This document shows, piece after piece, positions 10,028 through 17,573 of a stretch of DNA of 44,115 nucleotides. The translations under genes and the position numbers were made by a program. Below the pieces are notes generated by a model. The model was given only the letters and a program-made list of their open reading frames with translations. It made no database searches and was not told the DNA's origin. The number at the start of each line of letters is the position of its first letter. The stretch's first letter is position 1. The stretch is from a virus: the UHGV virus genome UHGV-0177176. One strand, written 5' to 3'.

Positions 10028-12037
10028 ATGGCCTTAGATAAACTCGTGAAAGTAGCACCGCCGGTGTTAGATCCGTTAGGCTTTACAACTCCGGAACAGT
10101 ATGGGTATGTACCCGGGGCTAGCTCAGCAGCAAACGCTACAAGTATTATGAGTGCATTGGCTGCTGCCAAAGCTCGGAAGTGTCCGTGTAAGTTTTCTGA
10201 GGGTGTGTATTCTAGCGATACCATCTCTCTGGATTATGCGGTGGCTGTGGAGGTAGCGGCAGGTGCCTACTTAGACTTTACCTTGATAATGCAAGGGCAG
10301 CACTTCAGTGCCTCTGCTACTGTAAACACGTCCTTAACGTGGGCAGATGTCCCTGTAGGCAGCACTAGCTTGGCTGGTAACTTCTCTGCATTCTCTGCAG
10401 GAGATGTTGTGGCGGTGAGTTTGAATGACTCTATCGGCGGCAGCGCCTCTCAGGGTAATGAAATTGGTACGGATATTATGATCGTAGCCAGTGCTGATAG
10501 CTCTAAGATTACGTTTACATCGGGTACTCGATACGCCTACACCAATCCCGTAGTACGGAAGCTGACAGCGGCTGTAAAACTGTCGGGGGTAGTGGAGGCA
10601 GGTACTTACAGTATTGCAGGGGATTACACCGCTAAGTTTGCTGCGGGGGACATCTTGAGGGTAGAGAATGTCGATGGGACGGATTCTGTTGAGGCACATA
10701 CCTCATACTTAGAGTTTGTTAAAGTGGTTAGTGTAAGTACCTCGGCCTTAGTGTTAGACCAAGCTCTATACTACACTCACGGGAGTCCGTGGTTAGTGAA
10801 GACTGGATGGGTGGAGGGTGCACATGTATCCGGTGGTGGTAGAATCAAACGTCTTGAGTTGAGGCAAGCAGTACACCCAGAGGTCCAGGACATTGACGTA
10901 GATCGGCTTATCTACGGCTTCACCTACGGCTTAGTTAGCTCCGGCATCTACGCTCGTGGTGTGAAAGAGCCTAGTACTATCAATCACACCTACTGCTTTG
11001 GGCGGATGCAAGTTCATAATATAAAGGCAGGTGGTAGTGTTGCAGTTACAGATAACGCCGCAATCAAGTTCATGTCCTGCCCGGGCGCTCAGATTAGTGG
11101 ACTTACAGTTACGAATACTGCGGCTACTGGTAGCCAGGGTGATTATGCCGTGTTCGTGGATGCTTTCTATACCCCGTACTATTCCTGGAACCGGGATATG
11201 CAGTTGCAGGGTGTAACTTGTGAGTCACCCCGTAGTCCTGTTACTCGAGGTGTGTGGTTCTATGGTGCTGCAGATAGTATGTTTAAGGACATAGTGGGTG
11301 CGCAGGTGTTCTTGCAAGGCTGCTACCGCACTATCCTGCGTGACGTGGTTACACCGCGCTGGCAGATGGAGTTACGGGACCTAGTGCACTGCACCGTTAA
11401 GGACTGCCACGTTAAGAACTTCACCGTTCTTGGCTGTGATAGTACCGAGTTTAGTATCCGCACAGATGGTCTAGGTACAGGTGCAAGCCTAAACATTGCA
11501 GGACGCTTCGGGGGCGGTACGCGCAACCCTGTTACTGGGGAGACGTATAACTTGGGAACAGGCAACCGCATCGGCATTCAAAGCGATAGTACTAGCAGTA
11601 GCGCTATCACCCTTAGTATCGCACAGCAGGACTCCTTCATTATTCTGAGTGGGTGCTGTGACCGTAGCACTGTTAATGCAAGCATCAAACTAGGTAACAA
11701 TGTAACGAATCCATTCATGGAGCCTAATAGCCTTCGCGGCGCAATTGATGCAGGTTCCGGCTGGGCTGGTCCAGTGCAGAAGGGTGGTATTGAATTCCGA
11801 GGTGATTACCGGGATGGTTATGTTCGGCTCAACGGTTATTACGTGTGGATGTCCAGCACTGGGCAGCTTCGAGCTAGCAGTACTAAACCCTCTTCAGACT
11901 CGCCGTCTGGATTCATCCCGATCGGGCCTAATACTGCTTCGGCGGTAAGTAATAGCTCTGGTACGGATGCAGCTAGTGTAGCTGTGAATGCGCTTATGGC
12001 GAGTCTGCGTGCTGCAGGTATCTTGAAGACCTCATAA
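10028..12037 (+). CDS. Tailspike 2: beta-helix receptor-binding protein / probable depolymerase without a gp17-like N-terminal adaptor
   Basis: 669-aa ORF with repetitive beta-strand-rich Gly/Ser/Thr/Val composition and PbH1-like segments (…ISGLTVTNTAATGSQGDYAVFVDA…). It is the last gene before the terminal non-coding region, as in KP34-like phages. SD GAGGG. Confidence 0.75.
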   Translation: MALDKLVKVAPPVLDPLGFTTPEQYGYVPGASSAANATSIMSALAAAKARKCPCKFSEGVYSSDTISLDYAVAVEVAAGAYLDFTLIMQGQHFSASATVNTSLTWADVPVGSTSLAGNFSAFSAGDVVAVSLNDSIGGSASQGNEIGTDIMIVASADSSKITFTSGTRYAYTNPVVRKLTAAVKLSGVVEAGTYSIAGDYTAKFAAGDILRVENVDGTDSVEAHTSYLEFVKVVSVSTSALVLDQALYYTHGSPWLVKTGWVEGAHVSGGGRIKRLELRQAVHPEVQDIDVDRLIYGFTYGLVSSGIYARGVKEPSTINHTYCFGRMQVHNIKAGGSVAVTDNAAIKFMSCPGAQISGLTVTNTAATGSQGDYAVFVDAFYTPYYSWNRDMQLQGVTCESPRSPVTRGVWFYGAADSMFKDIVGAQVFLQGCYRTILRDVVTPRWQMELRDLVHCTVKDCHVKNFTVLGCDSTEFSIRTDGLGTGASLNIAGRFGGGTRNPVTGETYNLGTGNRIGIQSDSTSSSAITLSIAQQDSFIILSGCCDRSTVNASIKLGNNVTNPFMEPNSLRGAIDAGSGWAGPVQKGGIEFRGDYRDGYVRLNGYYVWMSSTGQLRASSTKPSSDSPSGFIPIGPNTASAVSNSSGTDAASVAVNALMASLRAAGILKTS

Positions 12038-12187
12038 AGCATCTGGCAATCACAGGGGTATCCTTGGAGCGCTCTTGGGGTATCTCTAGGGTATCTCTGT
12101 AGGAGTTCATGGGCGCACGTCTATATCTGGACCTAAAATTTATTAGACTTACGCGAGGGCCTCCCTCACCCTCAGCGCGCCCAATTG

Positions 12188-12233
12188 CCCCCATAGGGGG
12201 GTGCCTAGGGAGAATTTAGGGGGGGGGCACCCC
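12188..12233. repeat. Compound palindrome: CCCCC-ATA-GGGGGG, plus the inverted repeat GGGGTGCC…GGCACCCC flanking a G9 homopolymer
   Basis: Read directly: cccccatagggggg at 12188-12201, GGGGTGCC at 12198-12205, GGCACCCC at 12226-12233, G9 at 12219-12227. Confidence 0.8.
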
Positions 12234-12600
12234 TAGTGGGCTGCTTGGGCCTGCTAGTGCGCACCAGCGGGCCTCAGTGGCTCTCTGCGCTGCGCTAGGG
12301 CTATCGCTAGTGCTACCCTACGGCTATCCCTGTGCGTTCACTGTGGGGCCGCTAGGGCGCTCTATGGGGCGCTGGAGGTGCGCTCTGCCTTGCTTATTTT
12401 GTGCGCCTCAGTGTGGCACCTAGTGGGGCCATAGTGGACCACCTAGTGCGCCGGCAGAGCGTCACAGTGCTATCACTAGTGCGCACTCGGCTATCCATTG
12501 GCTATCCTTAGCGCTTTACATTGTGCTTATTATATGCTACGCTGCGCGCTCCCCACTAGGGCGCACATCCACTATCCGCCACTATCCCTAGAGCTATCCC
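12233..12600. repeat. Array of dispersed short direct repeats (CTAGTG[C/G] at least 6 times; GCTATCC at least 6 times; CTAGGGCGC 2 times)
   Basis: CTAGTG occurs at about 12233, 12254, 12308, 12420, 12443, 12474 (and 12856). CTATCC occurs at about 12300, 12324, 12491, 12502, 12572, 12582, 12594. This is analogous to the short-repeat arrays in T7 terminal repeats. Confidence 0.6.
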
Positions 12601-12633
12601 TTCTATATTCTCTTTCATTCGGAAGCTAGTATG

Positions 12634-12656
12634 AAATGAAGTTACCGGAGTAGGAG
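12634..12656 (+). promoter_or_regulatory. Copy B of the conserved motif AAATGAAGTTACCGGAGTAGGA(G); candidate phage-RNAP promoter in an OL-like position
   Basis: Exact 22-mer shared with 32404-32425. The 16-nt core GTTACCGGAGTAGGAG is shared with 792-807. Confidence 0.4.
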
Positions 12657-12810
12657 GGTTTTAGGGAACTACATACACACTACACACTACTACTCACTAG
12701 TATCCCCTAGTAATGCCCTGTATTACGACCGTAGGGAGTAAGCATTACCTACATATTAACCGCATTGCTCCGTGTCCTTTCACTTCGTACGGACACTACG
12801 CACTGCCTTA

Positions 12811-12860
12811 TGTAGTATTGGTTAGTATTGGTTAGCATTGGTTAGTAGTGGCTAGTGCCA
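12811..12860. repeat. Tandem 10-bp repeat (GTTAGTATTG, about 5 units, degenerate at the 3' end)
   Basis: tgtagtattg|gttagtattg|gttagcattg|gttagtagtg|gctagtgcca. A 10-bp phase suggests an iteron-like or protein-binding array. Confidence 0.75.
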
Positions 12861-12889
12861 TCCATAGTGTGGTTATAAGTCCTTGCCCT

Positions 12890-12960
12890 GCTTACTCTTT
12901 TTGCTCTTAAGGATAAATATTTGCAAAAACTTTAAAATAATACTTGCTTCTTTTGGTCTG
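12890..12960. other. AT-rich island in an otherwise ~53% GC genome
   Basis: ctttttgctcttaaggataaatatttgcaaaaactttaaaataatacttgcttctttt. It lies adjacent to the 10-bp array and upstream of the sigma70-like promoters. Confidence 0.6.
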
Positions 12961-13075
12961 TTGGCGCTATAGTTCAATCACCGGGAGGCACTGAGGCGCT
13001 AACCGGGGTCGAGCCGGGAGGCTCTGCCGGATTAAAGCTAGATGGTGTGAAGGGTTAGATACTCAATAAAAAGAG

Positions 13076-13104
13076 TTGACACCGCGAAGAACATAAGCTA
13101 GATT
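13076..13104 (+). promoter_or_regulatory. Sigma70-like early promoter P1 (TTGACA, 17 nt spacer, TAGATT)
   Basis: Perfect -35 at 13076-13081, 17-nt spacer, -10 TAGATT at 13099-13104, A-rich sequence upstream. It lies ~410 nt before the first early gene, as with T7 A1-A3. Confidence 0.5.
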
Positions 13105-13218
13105 AAATCCAAGCATTACGGCAGGATAGTTGAAGACAGGCCGTTAACTAGGACACTTCCACGTGGCAAGCCACCACAGGGCGCTGTACCGTAACCAGAT
13201 GGCTTAAAAGTAAAACGC

Positions 13219-13247
13219 TTGACAAGTTCGGATTCACCTAGTAACTT
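13219..13247 (+). promoter_or_regulatory. Sigma70-like early promoter P2 (TTGACA, 17 nt spacer, TAACTT), weaker -10
   Basis: Perfect -35 at 13219-13224. The -10 matches at only 3/6 positions. Confidence 0.3.
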
Positions 13248-13520
13248 AGATGGCGAACGATGCAGTAAGCCGATTTGCGGGGAGGCCCAGTACCTTGACT
13301 GGTACGATAACGACCAATCCTAGATAATCAGTGTAGTAAAGAAGTAACATCAAGAGCTGAGATGACAAACGGCTGGGGCGCTGAGGCGCTGCCCCTTAAA
13401 AGAATAGCGCCGAACCCTGAGCCACAGGGTCCACGGTTGTGCAGTGGGTAACAAGGTTAAGAATTAGCGTCCTACTAAATTCTGCTAGGGCGTTAATCAT
13501 TAACTTTGATGAGGTACACA

Positions 13521-13736
13521 ATGAAATATCGTGATAAGTTAGCGCAACAATTTGCCGGGCTGGAGAAGTTATCAGGTGCGGAATTGAGAAAGCGTCGAGA
13601 TGCGTTGAATCGCGCCGGTTATATGCGGATGAAACAATCCGCTACATTCAGCACGAATGTACGCGGTAAAACCAAAACAAAGGGCAGTAGCAAGGCTCCG
13701 CAAGGTTGGTACACTGCCGGGCAGTTCGGACGCTAA
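13521..13736 (+). CDS. Early protein (71 aa, basic)
   Basis: SD GAGGT lies 5 nt upstream of the ATG at 13521 (the track ORF starts at a TTG at 13506). First gene of the early region. Confidence 0.6.
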   Translation: MKYRDKLAQQFAGLEKLSGAELRKRRDALNRAGYMRMKQSATFSTNVRGKTKTKGSSKAPQGWYTAGQFGR

Positions 13737-13745
13737 TTACAGCCT

Positions 13746-13769
13746 ATAGCATCCTATAGGGGGTGCTAT
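13746..13769 (+). promoter_or_regulatory. Intergenic RNA hairpin H1 (9-bp stem ATAGCATCC/GGGTGCTAT, loop TATAGG) with conserved 3' flank GCTATGTGAA; candidate RNase III site or attenuator
   Basis: Starts 10 nt after the stop of the first early gene. Near-identical element at 14528-14549 with a compensatory A-U to G-C change. Confidence 0.5.
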
Positions 13770-13813
13770 GTGAAGTAATTCGTTAAATAAACAACCAATA
13801 AATGAGGTGTATC

Positions 13814-14389
13814 ATGATTAACGCAACCAACAAAGTATTCAAATTAACCGCCGCTGGCAATATCCGCAAAGCACTGGGCGACGTAGTGGAAGTAAAACGC
13901 AATATTACTATCAGTGCGTTGTTCCACGGCCTGATTAGTAGCAACGTTTCTTGGGCGACTGATATGCAGCGCAGTGATGCCGCCGATTTTGATATGGTGC
14001 TGCGTACACTGCTGCCTATCAAGTTCAACAAAGAATCGGGCAAGTACGAGTTCCACGCTAAGAAGTGTTATGCATCGGCTGAGAAGCTGGGCATTGAACT
14101 GGACGCCGTGCGTCTGGATTATAAACAAGCTGACAAACAAGGCCGCGAAGAGATTGTTGCCAGCTTCTACAGCGCTTGCATGGCTCTGTACAACGCTGAA
14201 GCGGATAAGGTGAAGAATGATGCACTTGATGCCGATGCAATGCGTTTACAAGCTCTGGGGCGCGTTAAAAACGCCATCAAGAAGGCAAAAGAGACTGGCG
14301 TAAGCGATTCAGATTTGGTGAGTATGCTTATTAGTCAGGGCGTGGATGTACGCGCTGTGCTGGACGCAACGCTGAAGGTGCCAGCATGA
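13814..14389 (+). CDS. Early protein (191 aa), unknown function
   Basis: SD GAGGTG lies 5 nt upstream of the ATG at 13814. Protein-like composition. Confidence 0.7.
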   Translation: MINATNKVFKLTAAGNIRKALGDVVEVKRNITISALFHGLISSNVSWATDMQRSDAADFDMVLRTLLPIKFNKESGKYEFHAKKCYASAEKLGIELDAVRLDYKQADKQGREEIVASFYSACMALYNAEADKVKNDALDADAMRLQALGRVKNAIKKAKETGVSDSDLVSMLISQGVDVRAVLDATLKVPA

Positions 14390-14517
14390 TTTACAAGGTT
14401 CCGGTTATCAAGTGGTGGGCACTGTGCCCTGCGGCCAACGATGCGGACGCCTTCAACATCCCTACCCGTGGCCGTCACAACAAGTGGCGGTATGAGGGAT
14501 TAGGGGAATACGTATAG
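14386..14517 (+). CDS. Possible micro-ORF (43 aa) coupled by ATGA overlap
   Basis: ATG overlaps the upstream TGA. No SD. Below the 60-aa track cutoff. Confidence 0.25.
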   Translation: MIYKVPVIKWWALCPAANDADAFNIPTRGRHNKWRYEGLGEYV

Positions 14518-14527
14518 TGGCAAGCCT

Positions 14528-14549
14528 ATAGCGTCCTACGGGGCGCTAT
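14528..14549 (+). promoter_or_regulatory. Intergenic RNA hairpin H2 (stem ATAGCGTCC/GGGCGCTAT, loop TACG), paralogue of H1
   Basis: Same flanks (CCTATAGC…GCTATGTGAA) as H1. The stem has a compensatory G-C where H1 has A-U. Confidence 0.5.
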
Positions 14550-14577
14550 GTGAATGCAACTAGCGTATGGGTTTCAA

Positions 14578-14796
14578 ATGAAAGCAATCATGATTTATCC
14601 TGGGCACGCTTTGTGGCTTGGTTGGTGCAATCAAGTACAAGAATATAACTTCTCTGTGCTGATATTCTCCGACCGAGATACTGAGCAAGAGCACCCGCTG
14701 GATATAGTTGACACTAACACCGAACTGGCTGCCCGCACTGTGCTGGACGCCGTGAATCTTGGTATCATCACCGACTGGAGGCAGTTATATGGTTAA
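14578..14796 (+). CDS. Early protein (72 aa, acidic)
   Basis: ORF follows H2. The start is uncertain (ATG at 14554 or 14578). Confidence 0.5.
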   Translation: MKAIMIYPGHALWLGWCNQVQEYNFSVLIFSDRDTEQEHPLDIVDTNTELAARTVLDAVNLGIITDWRQLYG

Positions 14797-15064
14797 TGTA
14801 TTCAATATTATTGTGACCAGCGCTATGCTGGTGCTGGGCAACGATGTAAACAACCCGGTGCCCTACTGTACTGTGCAGTTGCAGCAGCAATCACAGCAAC
14901 CGGCGGCGCAGGAACCGTTAGCGCGTCCTGAGTATGATCTCTTTGAAGACCCTGAGGGTGGTTGTAAAGAGCTGGGCGCGCGTATCCTTGCGGCGGTGCA
15001 GGGGCAGTACCCGGACGCCGCCGTGACACTCACTGTGGACGGTAAGAGCAGTGATGAAATTTGA
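14789..15064 (+). CDS. Early protein (91 aa) with N-terminal hydrophobic helix and Gln-rich segment
   Basis: SD GGAGG lies 7 nt upstream of the ATG at 14789. N-terminus VFNIIVTSAMLVLG is TM-like. Confidence 0.55.
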   Translation: MVNVFNIIVTSAMLVLGNDVNNPVPYCTVQLQQQSQQPAAQEPLARPEYDLFEDPEGGCKELGARILAAVQGQYPDAAVTLTVDGKSSDEI

Positions 15065-15072
15065 GGTTGGGT

Positions 15073-15252
15073 ATGTACGGAAAGAATCCTGAAACGATGC
15101 TGATGCGTAAGCAGCAACCAACAATCGACGGGCTGGCGCGTGAATACAGCGCAAAAGCAGTGTTGCGCCAGCACTATGAGAAACAAGCAAAGCGGCTGGG
15201 CATGACTCTGCGCGGTTACTGTCAACGTTTTAATGTGAGGGGTGTAGTATGA
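15073..15252 (+). CDS. Early protein (59 aa)
   Basis: SD GAGGTTGGG before the ATG at 15073. ATGA-coupled to the next gene. Confidence 0.5.
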   Translation: MYGKNPETMLMRKQQPTIDGLAREYSAKAVLRQHYEKQAKRLGMTLRGYCQRFNVRGVV

Positions 15253-15464
15253 GCAAGAGTACAACTAAGCCTATTAAGTACGATGTATACAAGAGCCCGT
15301 ATGGGATACTATACCGAGTGCGACTACATAGTGCGCTGCACGAGCCTGCCGAGTACTACTTCAAAGTGTGGGGTTGGTGGGCGCAGTCATACGCCACAAT
15401 TGGTGATGTAGTAGCTGGCAGTGGGAGCACGCTAGTGGCCCGCAACGTAGTATTCAAGGATTGA
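15249..15464 (+). CDS. Early protein (71 aa)
   Basis: SD GAGGGGTG lies before the ATG. Confidence 0.6.
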   Translation: MSKSTTKPIKYDVYKSPYGILYRVRLHSALHEPAEYYFKVWGWWAQSYATIGDVVAGSGSTLVARNVVFKD

Positions 15465-15466
15465 AT

Positions 15467-15811
15467 ATGCTCACAGTAGACGAAACTGCTGTTTTCATAT
15501 GGAGACTACTAGAAACGCAGGGCAAGTGCGGCTGCCCGTGGGAAATATTCAAAGAGGTTCCAGATGAACTCAAAGGAATTGTACCGGTCGATCGCCGAAT
15601 ACTTAGAGTGCGCAGGCAAGACACAACGGTTGTGCTCAAAGCATACCGGGAGTATACAGAATCTGCCGCGCGGAAACTGCAAGAGCGCATTGAATTCGAC
15701 GTGGTTTCAACGCTACGGAAGTATGGATATCGCGGAGCTTATACGCAATTTAGAAGAGCACTCCGCTCCTACTACAAGCAGCGACAACTCTCTGCGTGGT
15801 ATGCACGCTGA
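15467..15811 (+). CDS. Early protein (114 aa), basic
   Basis: SD AAGGA before the ATG at 15467. It overlaps the upstream extension of the long ORF in another frame, and is preferred over that extension. Confidence 0.55.
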   Translation: MLTVDETAVFIWRLLETQGKCGCPWEIFKEVPDELKGIVPVDRRILRVRRQDTTVVLKAYREYTESAARKLQERIEFDVVSTLRKYGYRGAYTQFRRALRSYYKQRQLSAWYAR

Positions 15812-15857
15812 ACTTTTAATGTATGATGAGTTACTACTAACACCGGAGACAAAGAAA

Positions 15858-17573
15858 ATGCAAGAGACTAACAAAGTAACCGTAGATGCAAACGTACCTG
15901 CAAATGTACCTGCCTACGAGGGTTGGACCATCAAATTTCCAGAAGGGGCCAATGCTCTTCCACTGAAGGAACAGATGTACTCTTCCGGGGATTACTGGTG
16001 CCAACTTCCCTACCTATCAACTCAAGGCCGTGCGCGCGTGCAAAGTAACAAAATGCGTGCGCTTTTGAATGGCTTTTATATGTTGTCAAGGGTGCTGCCG
16101 GGGTATACTGTAGCACTCGGCAACTTTACAGCTGCAGGAGAGGATTTGGGTGGGTATGCTGGGCCGCTGGGCACAGTTGATATTAGTGACACTCTCCTGC
16201 ATAAGCTCCTTGACTGTGCAGTTACCTGCGACCAAGCATTCGGTTCATATAGCAGAACCTTCTATGATGGCCCCGACGTAGTTACAGAACGCGTAGTAGA
16301 GGCGGTCCAATACTTTACCGGATATAAGGTGCACAAGCAGGCTATTGAGTTGTTTGAAGAGATTATGCTAGCACCTACGTACTCCCTTCGGGCCAAATAC
16401 ACTCGCGGCGCGTACGGTGAGCGTGATAGGGATTACTGGGCAGCAACCTTGCTTATGCAGTTGCACGGATTCGTGGTGTCTAGATTTGCAATCCCCCTGG
16501 GTTTTGGCTTCCGCAACGGTGAGCCGGTAGTAATGCTGGGGCAGCCACGGCTGCACAAAGACTATGCTGCTGTTACTGAGTATCGCTGTGTGGAGATGCG
16601 AGTAGGTAAGTGGCTCGCTAACTATTACGGTAGCGGTGTAGACTTCCGGGAAAGTATTGAAGACCTCAAGGCTATGAATGTAGATCCAACCACATATCTT
16701 TGTAAGACCGAAGAGGAGTGGTACAACGCATACGAGAAAGGCCCGCGTAGCTGCATGACCGGATATAACTTCGAGTATAGCCCGGTGCGTGTATATGCCA
16801 CGACCAGTCACGGATTGCCTGACAATAATCTGCGACTGTTTATTCAGTATACTGGCGAACTTTTTGGTGATGATTTTAAAGTGCACGCCCGTGCTATCGT
16901 TAACATCAATACCAATGAATATGTCCGTGCATACGGGGATGCTGCGCACGCTATCCTGCGTGCTAATGGGTATGTGAACGATACAGACTGCTTAGATGGC
17001 GCACTGCTGGCGCGTATACCACACCCAGAGCATGACGGTGCCGTGCTTATGCCGTACTTGGATGGGAACCAAGACGGGGTGGATGAAGAAGGAGCAGACG
17101 CATTTCGCATCTGCGACTGCTACGACTACGAAGCGCTGGACGCTGATGGGTACATTTGGATTGATGATGGTCGCAGTGCTTGTACAGAGTGCGGGGGACG
17201 TTTCGACGAGGATGACATGTACATAACTTGTGACGGTGGTTATGTATGCCCGCACTGCATCGGTGATACTTACGTACAGGTAGTGGGCCACAGCATAGTG
17301 TACCCATCATTGGATTGCTCATGGTCTGACTACCACGACTCTTGGGTACTTGACCGGGACGTAGAGGATTGTGCTGTAGAGGGTACAGTGCATGACGAAG
17401 AGCCAATGGCGTGCGCACAAGGGTACAATGTTCTAGGTATTCATGCAGAAGAACACCCAGTGCACGGGATGATTCTCACGGAGTATGCTGCATCCGTATT
17501 GGATGAGCCTTACCTCGGCAACGAGGAAGCTAAAGAAGACAAAGAAGCTAACGCAGAACAGGAGGCAGCTTAA
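15858..17573 (+). CDS. Large early protein (~571 aa) with a C-terminal Cys cluster (CTECGG…CDGGYVCPHC) and an acidic tail; function unknown
   Basis: The long ORF is open from 15564. The start at 15858 is chosen because of SD GGAGA 8 nt upstream (alternative ATGs at 15801 and 15819). No ligase KxDG motif and no nucleotide-binding motif was recognised. Confidence 0.7.
   Translation: MQETNKVTVDANVPANVPAYEGWTIKFPEGANALPLKEQMYSSGDYWCQLPYLSTQGRARVQSNKMRALLNGFYMLSRVLPGYTVALGNFTAAGEDLGGYAGPLGTVDISDTLLHKLLDCAVTCDQAFGSYSRTFYDGPDVVTERVVEAVQYFTGYKVHKQAIELFEEIMLAPTYSLRAKYTRGAYGERDRDYWAATLLMQLHGFVVSRFAIPLGFGFRNGEPVVMLGQPRLHKDYAAVTEYRCVEMRVGKWLANYYGSGVDFRESIEDLKAMNVDPTTYLCKTEEEWYNAYEKGPRSCMTGYNFEYSPVRVYATTSHGLPDNNLRLFIQYTGELFGDDFKVHARAIVNINTNEYVRAYGDAAHAILRANGYVNDTDCLDGALLARIPHPEHDGAVLMPYLDGNQDGVDEEGADAFRICDCYDYEALDADGYIWIDDGRSACTECGGRFDEDDMYITCDGGYVCPHCIGDTYVQVVGHSIVYPSLDCSWSDYHDSWVLDRDVEDCAVEGTVHDEEPMACAQGYNVLGIHAEEHPVHGMILTEYAASVLDEPYLGNEEAKEDKEANAEQEAA

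Larger units (their letters stand above)
12038..13505. other. ORF-free terminal/regulatory region. It is the predicted location of the physical genome ends (collapsed direct terminal repeat) and of early transcription control
   Basis: No ORF of 60 aa or more lies in 12195-13505 on either strand. The region is dense in short repeats and palindromes. Motifs resembling the T7 left end, ggacctaaa (12129-12137) and cccccatagggggg (12188-12201), are recalled from memory. Confidence 0.6.

Noticed and set aside
12960-13060. tRNA-like sequence (…ccggggtcgagccgggagg…) in the non-coding region
   Set aside because: No cloverleaf can be drawn. The T-stem pairing fails, and there is no GTTC T-loop or matching acceptor stem. 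It is most likely just GC-rich leader sequence.
13755-13765. CTATAGGGGG inside hairpin H1 resembles the TATAGGG core of T7/K11/SP6 promoters
   Set aside because: Upstream positions (-17 to -5) bear no similarity to any T7-group consensus. The paralogous element H2 has TACGGGGCG instead. The RNAP here is phiKMV-type and sits in a late position. The resemblance is more likely coincidental.
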